From a virus (Duplodnaviria > Caudoviricetes), in the IMG/VR virus record IMGVR_UViG_3300025653_000069, positions 1 to 43,197 of that record: a stretch of DNA of 43,197 nt; one strand, given 5' to 3'. Both the position numbers and the translations under genes were made by a program. The stretch's first letter is position 1; every line of letters starts with the position of its first letter. The notes under the pieces are model-generated. The model saw nothing but the letters and a program-made list of their open reading frames with translations. It was not told the DNA's origin and did not search any database. This document shows positions 1 to 6,553 of this stretch, in pieces.

Positions 1-370
1 GTCCACGTTTATCGCCCTTATATATTATTATACCCCCATTATACTAAATTATACAAATATTATACAAGTTATGTCAACTATTTATGTTCAATTTAACACT
101 TTTTAACATTTGTTAACAAAAGATTTAACACAATAAATTTGGATTTGTTAAATGCTCAATTTTTGAGCACGAAAAAAGTGTGTTGCAACGTAAAAAAAGA
201 TGTGTTGCAACTTGTTTATTAAAAATGCTTGTTTTTTGAGCAAAAATGCTAAGAATTTGAGCAAAAATGCTAAGATTTTGAGCTAAATTTATGTTAAATA
301 TAATGCGTTTACCATAATTTTTAGCAATTATGTTGTATATAATCATTGTTATGTATGTATAATAAAATGT
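1..370. repeat. AT-rich terminal region built from short, helically phased direct repeats
   Basis: TTAACA units about every 10-12 bp at 93-130; TGTGTTGCAAC at 179 and 201; AAAAATGCT at 221/242/263 and TGAGC at 237/258/279 (21-bp period); inverted repeat TGCTCAA-TTT-TTGAGCA at 153-169. Confidence 0.85.
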
Positions 371-475
371 TATGCACGCACAGGTTTTGCTATGCACGCA
401 CAGGAAATTGTTATGCACGCACAGGAAATTGTTATGCACGCACAGCATTGTGCCTACAACGTTATGCACGCACAG
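371..475 (+). repeat. Iteron-like array, 5 x TATGCACGCACAG
   Basis: Copies start at 371, 391, 412, 433 and 463 (spacing 20, 21, 21, 30), next to an AT-rich tract. Confidence 0.9.
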
Positions 476-480
476 GAATA

Positions 481-496
481 TTCTACCCCGGTAGAA
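481..496 (+). repeat. 16-bp palindrome copy 1 (TTCTACCCCGGTAGAA)
   Basis: Near-match to the dispersed consensus TTCTAYYYRRGTAGAA; directly follows the iteron array. Confidence 0.9.
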
Positions 497-881
497 AAAA
501 CAGAATGAACTACCAAACTTTTTAACATTTAGTTATCAACGCTGAATTGTTAATAAGTCAGGAAGTCCATAAACGCATTTTAAGGGGTCAAGAAGGCCCT
601 AACACCCCTTTGAGGTACTGCACCCTTGCCCAATGTATAATAGTTCAACCATCGACGTTTCTCACTTTTTCGTCGACGAACGTATGATAATGTTCGACGA
701 ATTGGCACCTTTTTGTATACATAATTTCGTTGGACATAACATTTCTAATTTAGAACGATTCTAAGAAAAATTTTGTCGAACGTATCGAATTTTTTTGTAG
801 ACGCGTGCATGACGCGTAGCGTGCGCGGGATTCGTATATACAGAAAGGGAGGTTCAATGCAGTTTACATAATTAAAGATGC

Positions 882-981
882 AACTCACTGGTAATCAATT
901 AGTTACGATATAAAAACGTTTATCACGCGTTTTCTGGGATTATGTAAAATCGTTAACTCACTGAAAATCAACGAGTTACGA
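882..981. promoter_or_regulatory. Two similar 27-bp repeats, each containing an IHF consensus site
   Basis: AACTCACTGGTAATCAATTAGTTACGA (882-908) and AACTCACTGAAAATCAACGAGTTACGA (955-981); WATCAANNNNTTR matches at 893-905 and 966-978, 73 bp apart. Confidence 0.55.
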
Positions 982-1019
982 AAGCCAAATGTTAAAATGT
1001 GTTAAAATTGACATAATAA

Positions 1020-1050
1020 TTTGCGGGGACGGAATTCGTGGCGTAGATTG
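1020..1050 (+). promoter_or_regulatory. Candidate Bacteroidota-type early promoter
   Basis: TTTG (1020-1023), 20-nt spacer, TAGATTG (1044-1050); similar but not identical to the -33 TTTG / -7 TAnnTTTG consensus, upstream of the first gene. Confidence 0.4.
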
Positions 1051-1104
1051 CGCTCAGAACGGTTCACACAAGGTGCGCCGATAAAAAATTATATTTTATA
1101 CATT

Positions 1105-1635
1105 ATGTCTGTTTCAGTTTCAACCCCCAAAGTTTCTACTCAAGTAGAATTTTTCAAAGCCGCAAAGGACGAGGCAATTTCGCATCGCCACATCATCGAA
1201 GGGCGTGGGCTTGCCACCATCGAGGCTTACATTGAACGCGCCATGTTCGTGCAGCGCATGGACACCTACTTCAAAGAACATAAAAAGGAATTGAAGGCTC
1301 AGGGTATCAACGCTGAGGAATTCAAGAACCGGTGCGGCATTGATAAGTCGGTATGGAGTCAGGACGTAGGAAAGCACGGGCTTGCCACCTTGCACACACC
1401 TGAGAAATTCGATGCATGGGCGTGCGAACGTTACGCTGACGACGACAAAGACGCCGGCAAGAAAATCACGCGAAAGAATTATATCGCCTACCTCAAAGGT
1501 GAAAAGCCGGAGGTAGTCCGAGACTACTCCGACACCTTCAAACTCAGCGTCGAAGGTGGCAAGACGCAAACGCTGATTATCAGCGAACAACCGAAGGCGG
1601 TGCAGAAGTGGCTCCTTGCCCAAGCGCAGGCCTAA
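1105..1635 (+). CDS. First early protein, possible HTH DNA-binding protein
   Basis: ATG at 1105 after an AT-rich leader; segment INAEEFKNRCGIDKSVWSQDV resembles a helix-turn-helix. Confidence 0.6.
   Translation: MSVSVSTPKVSTQVEFFKAAKDEAISHRHIIEGRGLATIEAYIERAMFVQRMDTYFKEHKKELKAQGINAEEFKNRCGIDKSVWSQDVGKHGLATLHTPEKFDAWACERYADDDKDAGKKITRKNYIAYLKGEKPEVVRDYSDTFKLSVEGGKTQTLIISEQPKAVQKWLLAQAQA
1134..1149. repeat. 16-bp palindrome copy 2 (TTCTACTCAAGTAGAA), inside the 5' end of the first ORF
   Basis: Consensus match within codons VSTQVE; flanks suggest it may be inverted relative to the other copies. Confidence 0.85.
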
Positions 1636-1642
1636 TCCAAAA

Positions 1643-1675
1643 TTCTACCCGGGTAGAAATTCTGCCCGGGTAGAT
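1643..1675 (+). repeat. Tandem palindrome copies 3 and 4
   Basis: TTCTACCCGGGTAGAA (1643-1658) and TTCTGCCCGGGTAGAT (1660-1675), just after the stop at 1635. Confidence 0.9.
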
Positions 1676-1691
1676 TTCCCAACCTTTCCCC

Positions 1692-1729
1692 TGTGTGCGG
1701 TCAGCACTCACGCCAAAACTAAAAACGGC
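1692..1729 (+). promoter_or_regulatory. Double-hairpin element, copy A
   Basis: TGTGTGC-GGTCA-GCACTCA, then C, then GCC-AAAACTAAAAAC-GGC; the 19-mer 1711-1729 is identical to 2468-2486. Confidence 0.65.
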
Positions 1730-1805
1730 TTTTTCCCGCGAGTTCGCGCACGCACACGCACGGTTTGAGCCAGAAATTCCCCAAAGTTCCCAAAGTCCCC
1801 AAGCT

Positions 1806-2069
1806 ATGAAAGTCCTCGACACGATTATGTATGACAAGCGCCGCCGAAGCGCAGGAGTTCCCAAAGTCCCCAACAAAGCCGCGAACAAGTCCTCCCGCGC
1901 ACGTGCAAAGACCGACGCGATTCTCGACCGATACTCACGCAACATTGCTACGTCCATGCTCAACGAGCGATTCGCTGACAAGTGCCGCGACCGTCACGAG
2001 GCACGCAAAGCGTACCGCGAAGCCAAGCGCCAAGCCAAGCTCGCTCATCCTCGATATGTCCTCGACTAA
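1806..2069 (+). CDS. Small basic hypothetical protein
   Basis: ATG at 1806 (MKVLDT...); K/R-rich; stop followed by the palindrome. Confidence 0.7.
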   Translation: MKVLDTIMYDKRRRSAGVPKVPNKAANKSSRARAKTDAILDRYSRNIATSMLNERFADKCRDRHEARKAYREAKRQAKLAHPRYVLD

Positions 2070-2071
2070 AA

Positions 2072-2087
2072 TTCTATCTGAGTAGAA
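2072..2087 (+). repeat. Palindrome copy 5 (TTCTATCTGAGTAGAA) plus conserved leader
   Basis: Followed by ATTCTAAATCTTATATCCTATG. Confidence 0.95.
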
Positions 2088-2106
2088 ATTCTAAATCTTA
2101 TATCCT

Positions 2107-2214
2107 ATGGAACCTCTCACAGCCCAAATGCCCGACGTCACTTTCGTGTGGCTCTGCATCATCATCGTTACCTGTCTCATCGGCTTCGTTGCCAAAATCA
2201 CGAAGAACTCATGA
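2107..2214 (+). CDS. 35-aa single-TM membrane peptide
   Basis: MEPLTAQMPDVTFVWLCIIIVTCLIGFVAKITKNS; conserved leader; ATGA overlap with the next gene; below the ORF-track cutoff. Confidence 0.7.
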   Translation: MEPLTAQMPDVTFVWLCIIIVTCLIGFVAKITKNS

Positions 2215-2423
2215 GCCGCTACAAGAAACTCTCCAAGTCCAAGAAGCGCAAGCGCATCCCAGGAATCGACTTCCACATTGCACAGCTTCGAGCGCAACTT
2301 GACCCGATCGAGAATGCACGGGTGGACTACAAGCTGATGCGTCAGGGCTTCTGCCCGACCACGCTCTCGACCTCTCGACCTCTCGACCGCTCGACCTCTC
2401 AACCCCTCGACCTCTCGACGTAA
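2211..2423 (+). CDS. Small basic hypothetical protein with a repeat-encoded C-terminus
   Basis: MSRYKKLSKSKKRKR...; ATGA coupling; ends at the palindrome. Confidence 0.65.
   Translation: MSRYKKLSKSKKRKRIPGIDFHIAQLRAQLDPIENARVDYKLMRQGFCPTTLSTSRPLDRSTSQPLDLST
2363..2418 (+). repeat. Tandem 8-mer array, 7 x CCTCTCGA (degenerate)
   Basis: gctctcga cctctcga cctctcga ccgctcga cctctcaa cccctcga cctctcga. Confidence 0.9.
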
Positions 2424-2424
2424 A

Positions 2425-2440
2425 TTCTACCCGAGTAGAA
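2425..2440 (+). repeat. Palindrome copy 6 (TTCTACCCGAGTAGAA)
   Basis: 1 nt after the TAA ending at 2423. Confidence 0.95.
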
Positions 2441-2447
2441 CTTCTCA

Positions 2448-2486
2448 AGGGTGCGGCCCAGCACCCTCGCCAAAACTAAAAACGGC
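2448..2486 (+). promoter_or_regulatory. Double-hairpin element, copy B
   Basis: AGGGTGC-GGCCCA-GCACCCT, then C, then GCC-AAAACTAAAAAC-GGC; stem differences from copy A keep or improve pairing. Confidence 0.65.
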
Positions 2487-2488
2487 AA

Positions 2489-2535
2489 GACCTGACGACA
2501 GGCGTTCACGCGGTTCGAGTCCGCGCAGGTCACTA
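2489..2535 (+). ncRNA. tRNA-like mini-structure lacking an anticodon arm
   Basis: GACCTG/CAGGTC acceptor-like stem, ACG-ACAGG-CGT short hairpin, canonical T-arm CGCGG-TTCGAGT-CCGCG, 3' end A-CTA. Confidence 0.6.
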
Positions 2536-2565
2536 ACCGTCCGCAAGGACACAATTCTATATTCT

Positions 2566-2712
2566 ATGTTCCGTTTCCTTTACCTCGCGGCTATCGTCGC
2601 TGTCCTCTGTGTGTGTTGCTCTTCATGCGGCACGTCCACTTCCAAGTACACTACGACTTACAACGGTGGTGTGTACAAGAACGCAAACATCGGCTGTGCC
2701 GCTTACAACTGA
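2566..2712 (+). CDS. 48-aa putative lipoprotein
   Basis: MFRFLYLAAIVAVLCVCCSS-C-GTST...GCAAYN; hydrophobic signal plus lipobox-like SSC. Confidence 0.7.
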   Translation: MFRFLYLAAIVAVLCVCCSSCGTSTSKYTTTYNGGVYKNANIGCAAYN

Positions 2713-2715
2713 GCC

Positions 2716-2832
2716 ATGTTTGAATCTCTCACCTCTTTCCTCTTCGAGTTGTTAGGGTGCTTCATCGCTCTCTACCTCGTGGGTGCTACCTGCTTTGCTC
2801 TCGTCGCACCTTTCTTCAAGAAGTTTCACTAA
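2716..2832 (+). CDS. 38-aa membrane peptide
   Basis: MFESLTSFLFELLGCFIALYLVGATCFALVAPFFKKFH; TAA abuts the palindrome. Confidence 0.7.
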   Translation: MFESLTSFLFELLGCFIALYLVGATCFALVAPFFKKFH

Positions 2833-2848
2833 TTCTACCCAAGTAGAA
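2833..2848 (+). repeat. Palindrome copy 7 (TTCTACCCAAGTAGAA)
   Basis: Directly after TAA. Confidence 0.95.
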
Positions 2849-2861
2849 AAACCTCAGTACT

Positions 2862-3149
2862 ATGGCAGTTTCAAATCTCGACCCAAATTCCATGATTGTC
2901 CTCGACCACGAGTTAGGACAAGTCATCACATTCTCTTTCGTTATTGACCTCGGTCAGCACAATGACGACAAGCACGACACGCGCGTCTACCATCTCGATG
3001 TCTCCGGTTTGGAGCACGTCTACGATGATGTCGAGTCGATGCTCACTGACTATGGCTTGAAGGATAGTCAGTGCTCTTGGATGCTCGGCCCGTATATGCG
3101 AACCTCTCAAACTTCTCTAACTCTACTAAACATCGTTAGCAATGACTGA
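2862..3149 (+). CDS. Hypothetical protein
   Basis: ORF track; start follows the palindrome leader. Confidence 0.75.
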   Translation: MAVSNLDPNSMIVLDHELGQVITFSFVIDLGQHNDDKHDTRVYHLDVSGLEHVYDDVESMLTDYGLKDSQCSWMLGPYMRTSQTSLTLLNIVSND

Positions 3150-3300
3150 ACTCCAATCCGATATGCTCGCTCGCCGTCAGCAGAACTGCGGCAGTTTCGA
3201 GTACGCGCTCATCGAAGCGTGGTTCAAAGCCGACCTCATTAACAAGCGAATCCTCGAACAAGCTTTCGAGGGCACGCGATTCAAACTCACGAAGTCATGA
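3142..3300 (+). CDS. 52-aa hypothetical phage protein
   Basis: MTELQSDMLARRQQNCGSFEYALIEAWFKADLINKRILEQAF...; overlaps both neighbours; not in the track. Confidence 0.75.
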   Translation: MTELQSDMLARRQQNCGSFEYALIEAWFKADLINKRILEQAFEGTRFKLTKS

Positions 3301-3506
3301 AATACCAATTCCCCAAGCACGTCGACAATCGGTACGGCGCTATCTACGACGACGGCTCGATGTGTACCGTCACGGGTGAACTCATCCCGCGCGACGAGAT
3401 GAAGGAACTCATCAAGGCTTACAAGCCGGTGAACCGCATCCACAAGCCGATGGCGTTGCTGTGGTACACGGACGTTATGAACGGCAAAATCTCTAACTGG
3501 CAATAA
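3297..3506 (+). CDS. Hypothetical protein
   Basis: ATGA coupling; TAA abuts the palindrome. Confidence 0.75.
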   Translation: MKYQFPKHVDNRYGAIYDDGSMCTVTGELIPRDEMKELIKAYKPVNRIHKPMALLWYTDVMNGKISNWQ

Positions 3507-3522
3507 TTCTATCTGAGTAGAA
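3507..3522 (+). repeat. Palindrome copy 8 (TTCTATCTGAGTAGAA) plus leader
   Basis: Followed by ATTCTTAAATCTTATATGCTATG. Confidence 0.95.
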
Positions 3523-3542
3523 ATTCTTAAATCTTATATGCT

Positions 3543-3902
3543 ATGAATGCAGAAAACAAATCACTTCAAAATCTCTTGACCCTCATTGACACAAACATGG
3601 AGTTCAAGACCAAGACTCTCGACACCATCGAGGGCACGATGTTCGGGCGCGACGCCAAGGTCATCATCCGCACAAAGCTCAGGAATCACGTAACCGATGG
3701 CCCGTGGTCTCAGGTTCAGCTTTGGGTCTCGTGTGGCGGTCAGTCGCTCTTCTCTTGGGGCTGTATGAGTCCTGACGACGAGAAGATAATTCGCGATTGG
3801 TGGTACGCCACAATCATGTCGATGGACGAGACGGACGAGATGTCTCGACAATACGTCAAGCAACAATTCCTCGAAGCACAAAAAGAAATCCTGAACCGAT
3901 GA
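3543..3902 (+). CDS. Hypothetical protein
   Basis: ORF track; conserved leader. Confidence 0.8.
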   Translation: MNAENKSLQNLLTLIDTNMEFKTKTLDTIEGTMFGRDAKVIIRTKLRNHVTDGPWSQVQLWVSCGGQSLFSWGCMSPDDEKIIRDWWYATIMSMDETDEMSRQYVKQQFLEAQKEILNR

Positions 3903-4294
3903 ACGAAATCACCATCACCCAAACTCTTCAAGCTGACGAGTTCAAGAACCTGTTGTACAACTGCTGGCACTACTCGAACTATTGGTGCTCTCTCGACTGC
4001 GACCCTGCTTTCGATTGGTACAACGCCACGTTCCCTGAGACCTCTGACCTTCCTTGCATCGAGGACAAGTTGTGGGCGTATCTCAAGCACGACCCATCTC
4101 ACCGGATCGAGGTGCAGGACACGTACTCCAACGAGAAGTTCTCGCTTCGGTGGGACATGATTCTCGAAGGCTCTAAGACCTTTGTGCAGGACTTCCCTCG
4201 CCACTATGAGGACTTCGTGAGTGAGAACGACGATGCTGTCACGGCTGACGTCTGGCTTCAATGTGTCTGTCTCGGCGATGTCGTGTATGGATAA
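3899..4294 (+). CDS. Hypothetical phage protein
   Basis: ATG at 3899 (ATGA overlap); C-terminal DAVTADVWLQ...GDVVYG. Confidence 0.8.
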   Translation: MNEITITQTLQADEFKNLLYNCWHYSNYWCSLDCDPAFDWYNATFPETSDLPCIEDKLWAYLKHDPSHRIEVQDTYSNEKFSLRWDMILEGSKTFVQDFPRHYEDFVSENDDAVTADVWLQCVCLGDVVYG

Positions 4295-4310
4295 TTCTAT
4301 CTGAGTAGAA
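4295..4310 (+). repeat. Palindrome copy 9 (TTCTATCTGAGTAGAA) plus leader
   Basis: Followed by ATTCTTAAACCTTTATACTATG. Confidence 0.95.
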
Positions 4311-4329
4311 ATTCTTAAACCTTTATACT

Positions 4330-5109
4330 ATGTCTTTTCCTTCTATTGGCTCACGCCTTCAACAGCTCGTGTACTCTATGTTGACAGAGAACACAGGCGC
4401 ACACTTCCTCGACTCGGGTGGTGCTTACGGACGCAACCACGAACGTAACCGCCTCAAGACTCTTGACGACTTCAGGTCTGAGGACCTCGAACGCTACGAG
4501 ATTGACTTCGACACCAAGCATCCCTATATCGAACGCACTGTCTCGGTGTTTCAGTATCTCGCCGGTGACGGCACCAACCTCGAACTTGACGAGTACTGCG
4601 ACACGTTCAATCGCCTCGTCGATATGGCGCAAAACAGCGACGACGCGACCATGAATCAGTACGCTGACGACTGCCCGTACTATGGCGTCTTGCGTCCCTG
4701 TTGGGAGTACCTGCAATCTCTCGAAGACTTCGAGGAGTGCAAGAGGATGATCGGTTGGGGTTCAAACTCTCGTGAGGAGACGTTCACGTTCAACACGTAC
4801 AACCACGACTCTGACCTCACCCAAGTATTGCAAGGTGGCTACTGCAAGATTGACGACGACGTCTACCTCATCCTACAAATCCACGGCGGCTGTGACGTTC
4901 GCGGTGGGTACACTGACGCTCGACTCTTCCGTGTCGGTGGGTATGACGAGTTCATGATTCACGAATACGTCTACGACTACGAAGACCACGACTCTCGCGT
5001 CGAGAAGCTGCGTGAATGCGACATCGAGTTCCATGTCGAGGGGCAAGACGTCGCGATCTGTTACAGCGAGCTTGACGACGAGCTCACTGAAATGTTTGAC
5101 AATCTTTAA
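4330..5109 (+). CDS. Acidic hypothetical phage protein
   Basis: 259 aa; conserved-looking motifs DSGGAYGR, NTYN, QIHGGCDVRGGYT; bounded by palindromes on both sides. Confidence 0.85.
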   Translation: MSFPSIGSRLQQLVYSMLTENTGAHFLDSGGAYGRNHERNRLKTLDDFRSEDLERYEIDFDTKHPYIERTVSVFQYLAGDGTNLELDEYCDTFNRLVDMAQNSDDATMNQYADDCPYYGVLRPCWEYLQSLEDFEECKRMIGWGSNSREETFTFNTYNHDSDLTQVLQGGYCKIDDDVYLILQIHGGCDVRGGYTDARLFRVGGYDEFMIHEYVYDYEDHDSRVEKLRECDIEFHVEGQDVAICYSELDDELTEMFDNL

Positions 5110-5125
5110 TTCTACTCAGGTAGAA
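5110..5125 (+). repeat. Palindrome copy 10 (TTCTACTCAGGTAGAA) plus leader
   Basis: Directly after TAA; followed by ...CTTAAATCTTTATCCTATG. Confidence 0.95.
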
Positions 5126-5152
5126 ATTCTTTAACCCTTAAATCTTTATCCT

Positions 5153-5314
5153 ATGCGTTACGAAGACTTCTTGTTCATCTGCAACGAGAACACTGTCGAC
5201 CCTTCGCTTGCCATCGAGCACTCGCAGGTTCGCGAACTCCTCAAGTCCGACCGAGACCGAAACTCTGTCGAGGCTCAGCTCAAGTTAAACGGAATCCTCC
5301 AAAGCCAATTCTGA
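5153..5314 (+). CDS. 53-aa hypothetical protein
   Basis: MRYEDFLFICNENTVDPSLA...; conserved leader; TGATG coupling. Confidence 0.7.
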   Translation: MRYEDFLFICNENTVDPSLAIEHSQVRELLKSDRDRNSVEAQLKLNGILQSQF

Positions 5315-5490
5315 TGAACGGTCCTATCAGCAAACAACACGAGCATATGTACCTGGACTACGTGAACAACTTCGTCACGGTCTCTGCCTTTGCTCAGTAC
5401 TACGGCTTGACTGAGGACGATGCCCTCGATGTCATCGACTCCGGTCGTGCCAACTACGCTCGCTCACTATTTCAACCCATCAAGAAATGA
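5314..5490 (+). CDS. 58-aa hypothetical phage protein, possibly HTH-like
   Basis: YLDYVNNFVTVSAFAQYYGLTEDDALDVIDSGR; coupled on both sides. Confidence 0.75.
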   Translation: MNGPISKQHEHMYLDYVNNFVTVSAFAQYYGLTEDDALDVIDSGRANYARSLFQPIKK

Positions 5491-5744
5491 CTGACGCTCA
5501 AAAATGCTGTGCTGTCCTCGACTACTTGGGTTACGAGGCTCACTACTACAACGATGCTGTGTGGATCTCGGTGTGGAACCGAGAGCTCACAGAGACTACT
5601 GAGTTCGAGCTTTCTAGCGACGAGGTTGCTAACCAATCCTCAGAGTTCGACGCATACTACAAACTCCACGAGTCCTTCCGCAAGTGGCTCGAAGAATCAC
5701 AAACCTTGGTGCGTCTCGTACCTGAAAACAAAGACAATGACTAA
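5487..5744 (+). CDS. Hypothetical protein
   Basis: ORF track; ATGA coupling. Confidence 0.75.
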   Translation: MTDAQKCCAVLDYLGYEAHYYNDAVWISVWNRELTETTEFELSSDEVANQSSEFDAYYKLHESFRKWLEESQTLVRLVPENKDND

Positions 5745-5928
5745 GTACCACGGAACAGGCGAGCACAACGGCATCGCCTTCTCAATCGAGAATGGAGGCT
5801 ATGGTCTCAGCAGGGGCATAGCAGAAGTCAACGGCAAAGAGCTCGTAACTGAATGGGCTTACCGTGACGAGACTTACAGCTATCAATCAATCCGTCAACT
5901 CATCGACAACGAAAATCTCAAGCCATGA
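5737..5928 (+). CDS. Hypothetical protein
   Basis: ATG at 5737 (MTKYHGT...) within track ORF 5509-5928. Confidence 0.7.
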   Translation: MTKYHGTGEHNGIAFSIENGGYGLSRGIAEVNGKELVTEWAYRDETYSYQSIRQLIDNENLKP

Positions 5929-6215
5929 CAAACACCTCAGAAATGACGAACGTCGAGTTCGTCCAACACATCATGAACTTCTCGAAGCACGGGGCTCTCT
6001 CGCAGATGGTTGTAATCGACTGCTTGCAACGCGGTCTCGAACACTACATCTCACACAAGGACGAGATTCTCGAAGCCGAGAAAGCTCGACAAGAGAAAGG
6101 CCAGTACAGCCTCGTCAACATGGAGGCTTGGGTCTCCTGCTGTGAAGACAACCTCGAACGAATCCAACAAAAGTATAACCCACAAAATGTCTCTAACGGA
6201 CGCAACTCAATCTAA
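5925..6215 (+). CDS. Hypothetical protein
   Basis: ORF track; coupled to the previous gene. Confidence 0.8.
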   Translation: MTNTSEMTNVEFVQHIMNFSKHGALSQMVVIDCLQRGLEHYISHKDEILEAEKARQEKGQYSLVNMEAWVSCCEDNLERIQQKYNPQNVSNGRNSI

Positions 6216-6218
6216 TCT

Positions 6219-6509
6219 ATGAAACTCGCACACCTACAACTTCACGACTCGCTTCAGAACAAGCGCACTCTCATCGCCAACCTCAAGGACGGCTCGATCC
6301 ACTACTCACTCTTCACGGGGTGGGGCAACTACGGCACGGGCTGTTCGCTTCGTGACCTTCAGGTCGGTTACAAGCACAACTCTCAACTACCTCTCGACAA
6401 CGAGCGCGAGCTCTCAGTCGAGGAGTGGAGGGGCTATGTCATCGACATCCTCAACAATGACTCTACCTACGAGGTAATCAACATCGTTCCCAACGTAGTC
6501 AAATTCTAA
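6219..6509 (+). CDS. Hypothetical protein
   Basis: ORF track; stop precedes the palindrome. Confidence 0.75.
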   Translation: MKLAHLQLHDSLQNKRTLIANLKDGSIHYSLFTGWGNYGTGCSLRDLQVGYKHNSQLPLDNERELSVEEWRGYVIDILNNDSTYEVINIVPNVVKF

Positions 6510-6511
6510 AA

Positions 6512-6527
6512 TTCTATCCGAGTAGAA
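6512..6527 (+). repeat. Palindrome copy 11 (TTCTATCCGAGTAGAA) plus leader
   Basis: Followed by ATTCTTAAACCTTAATTCTATACACTATG. Confidence 0.95.
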
Positions 6528-6553
6528 ATTCTTAAACCTTAATTCTATACACT

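Noticed and set aside
125-469. 114-aa minus-strand ORF
   Set aside because: It is a translation of the terminal tandem repeats, with no plausible start context
371-475. Mini-CRISPR or TIGR-like array
   Set aside because: Inter-repeat segments are only 7-17 nt and partly identical; this fits iteron-like tandem repeats better
2489-2535. Canonical tRNA gene
   Set aside because: No anticodon arm, only 47 nt, 6-bp acceptor stem; reported as tRNA-like instead
2072-6527. Palindromes as intrinsic terminators
   Set aside because: Weak AU-rich 6-bp stems without a sense U-tract; only a few copies have an A-run that could terminate antisense transcription
2070-6530. Integron attC cassette array
   Set aside because: No RYYYAAC/GTTRRRY ends, the elements are far shorter than attC sites, and there is no integron integrase
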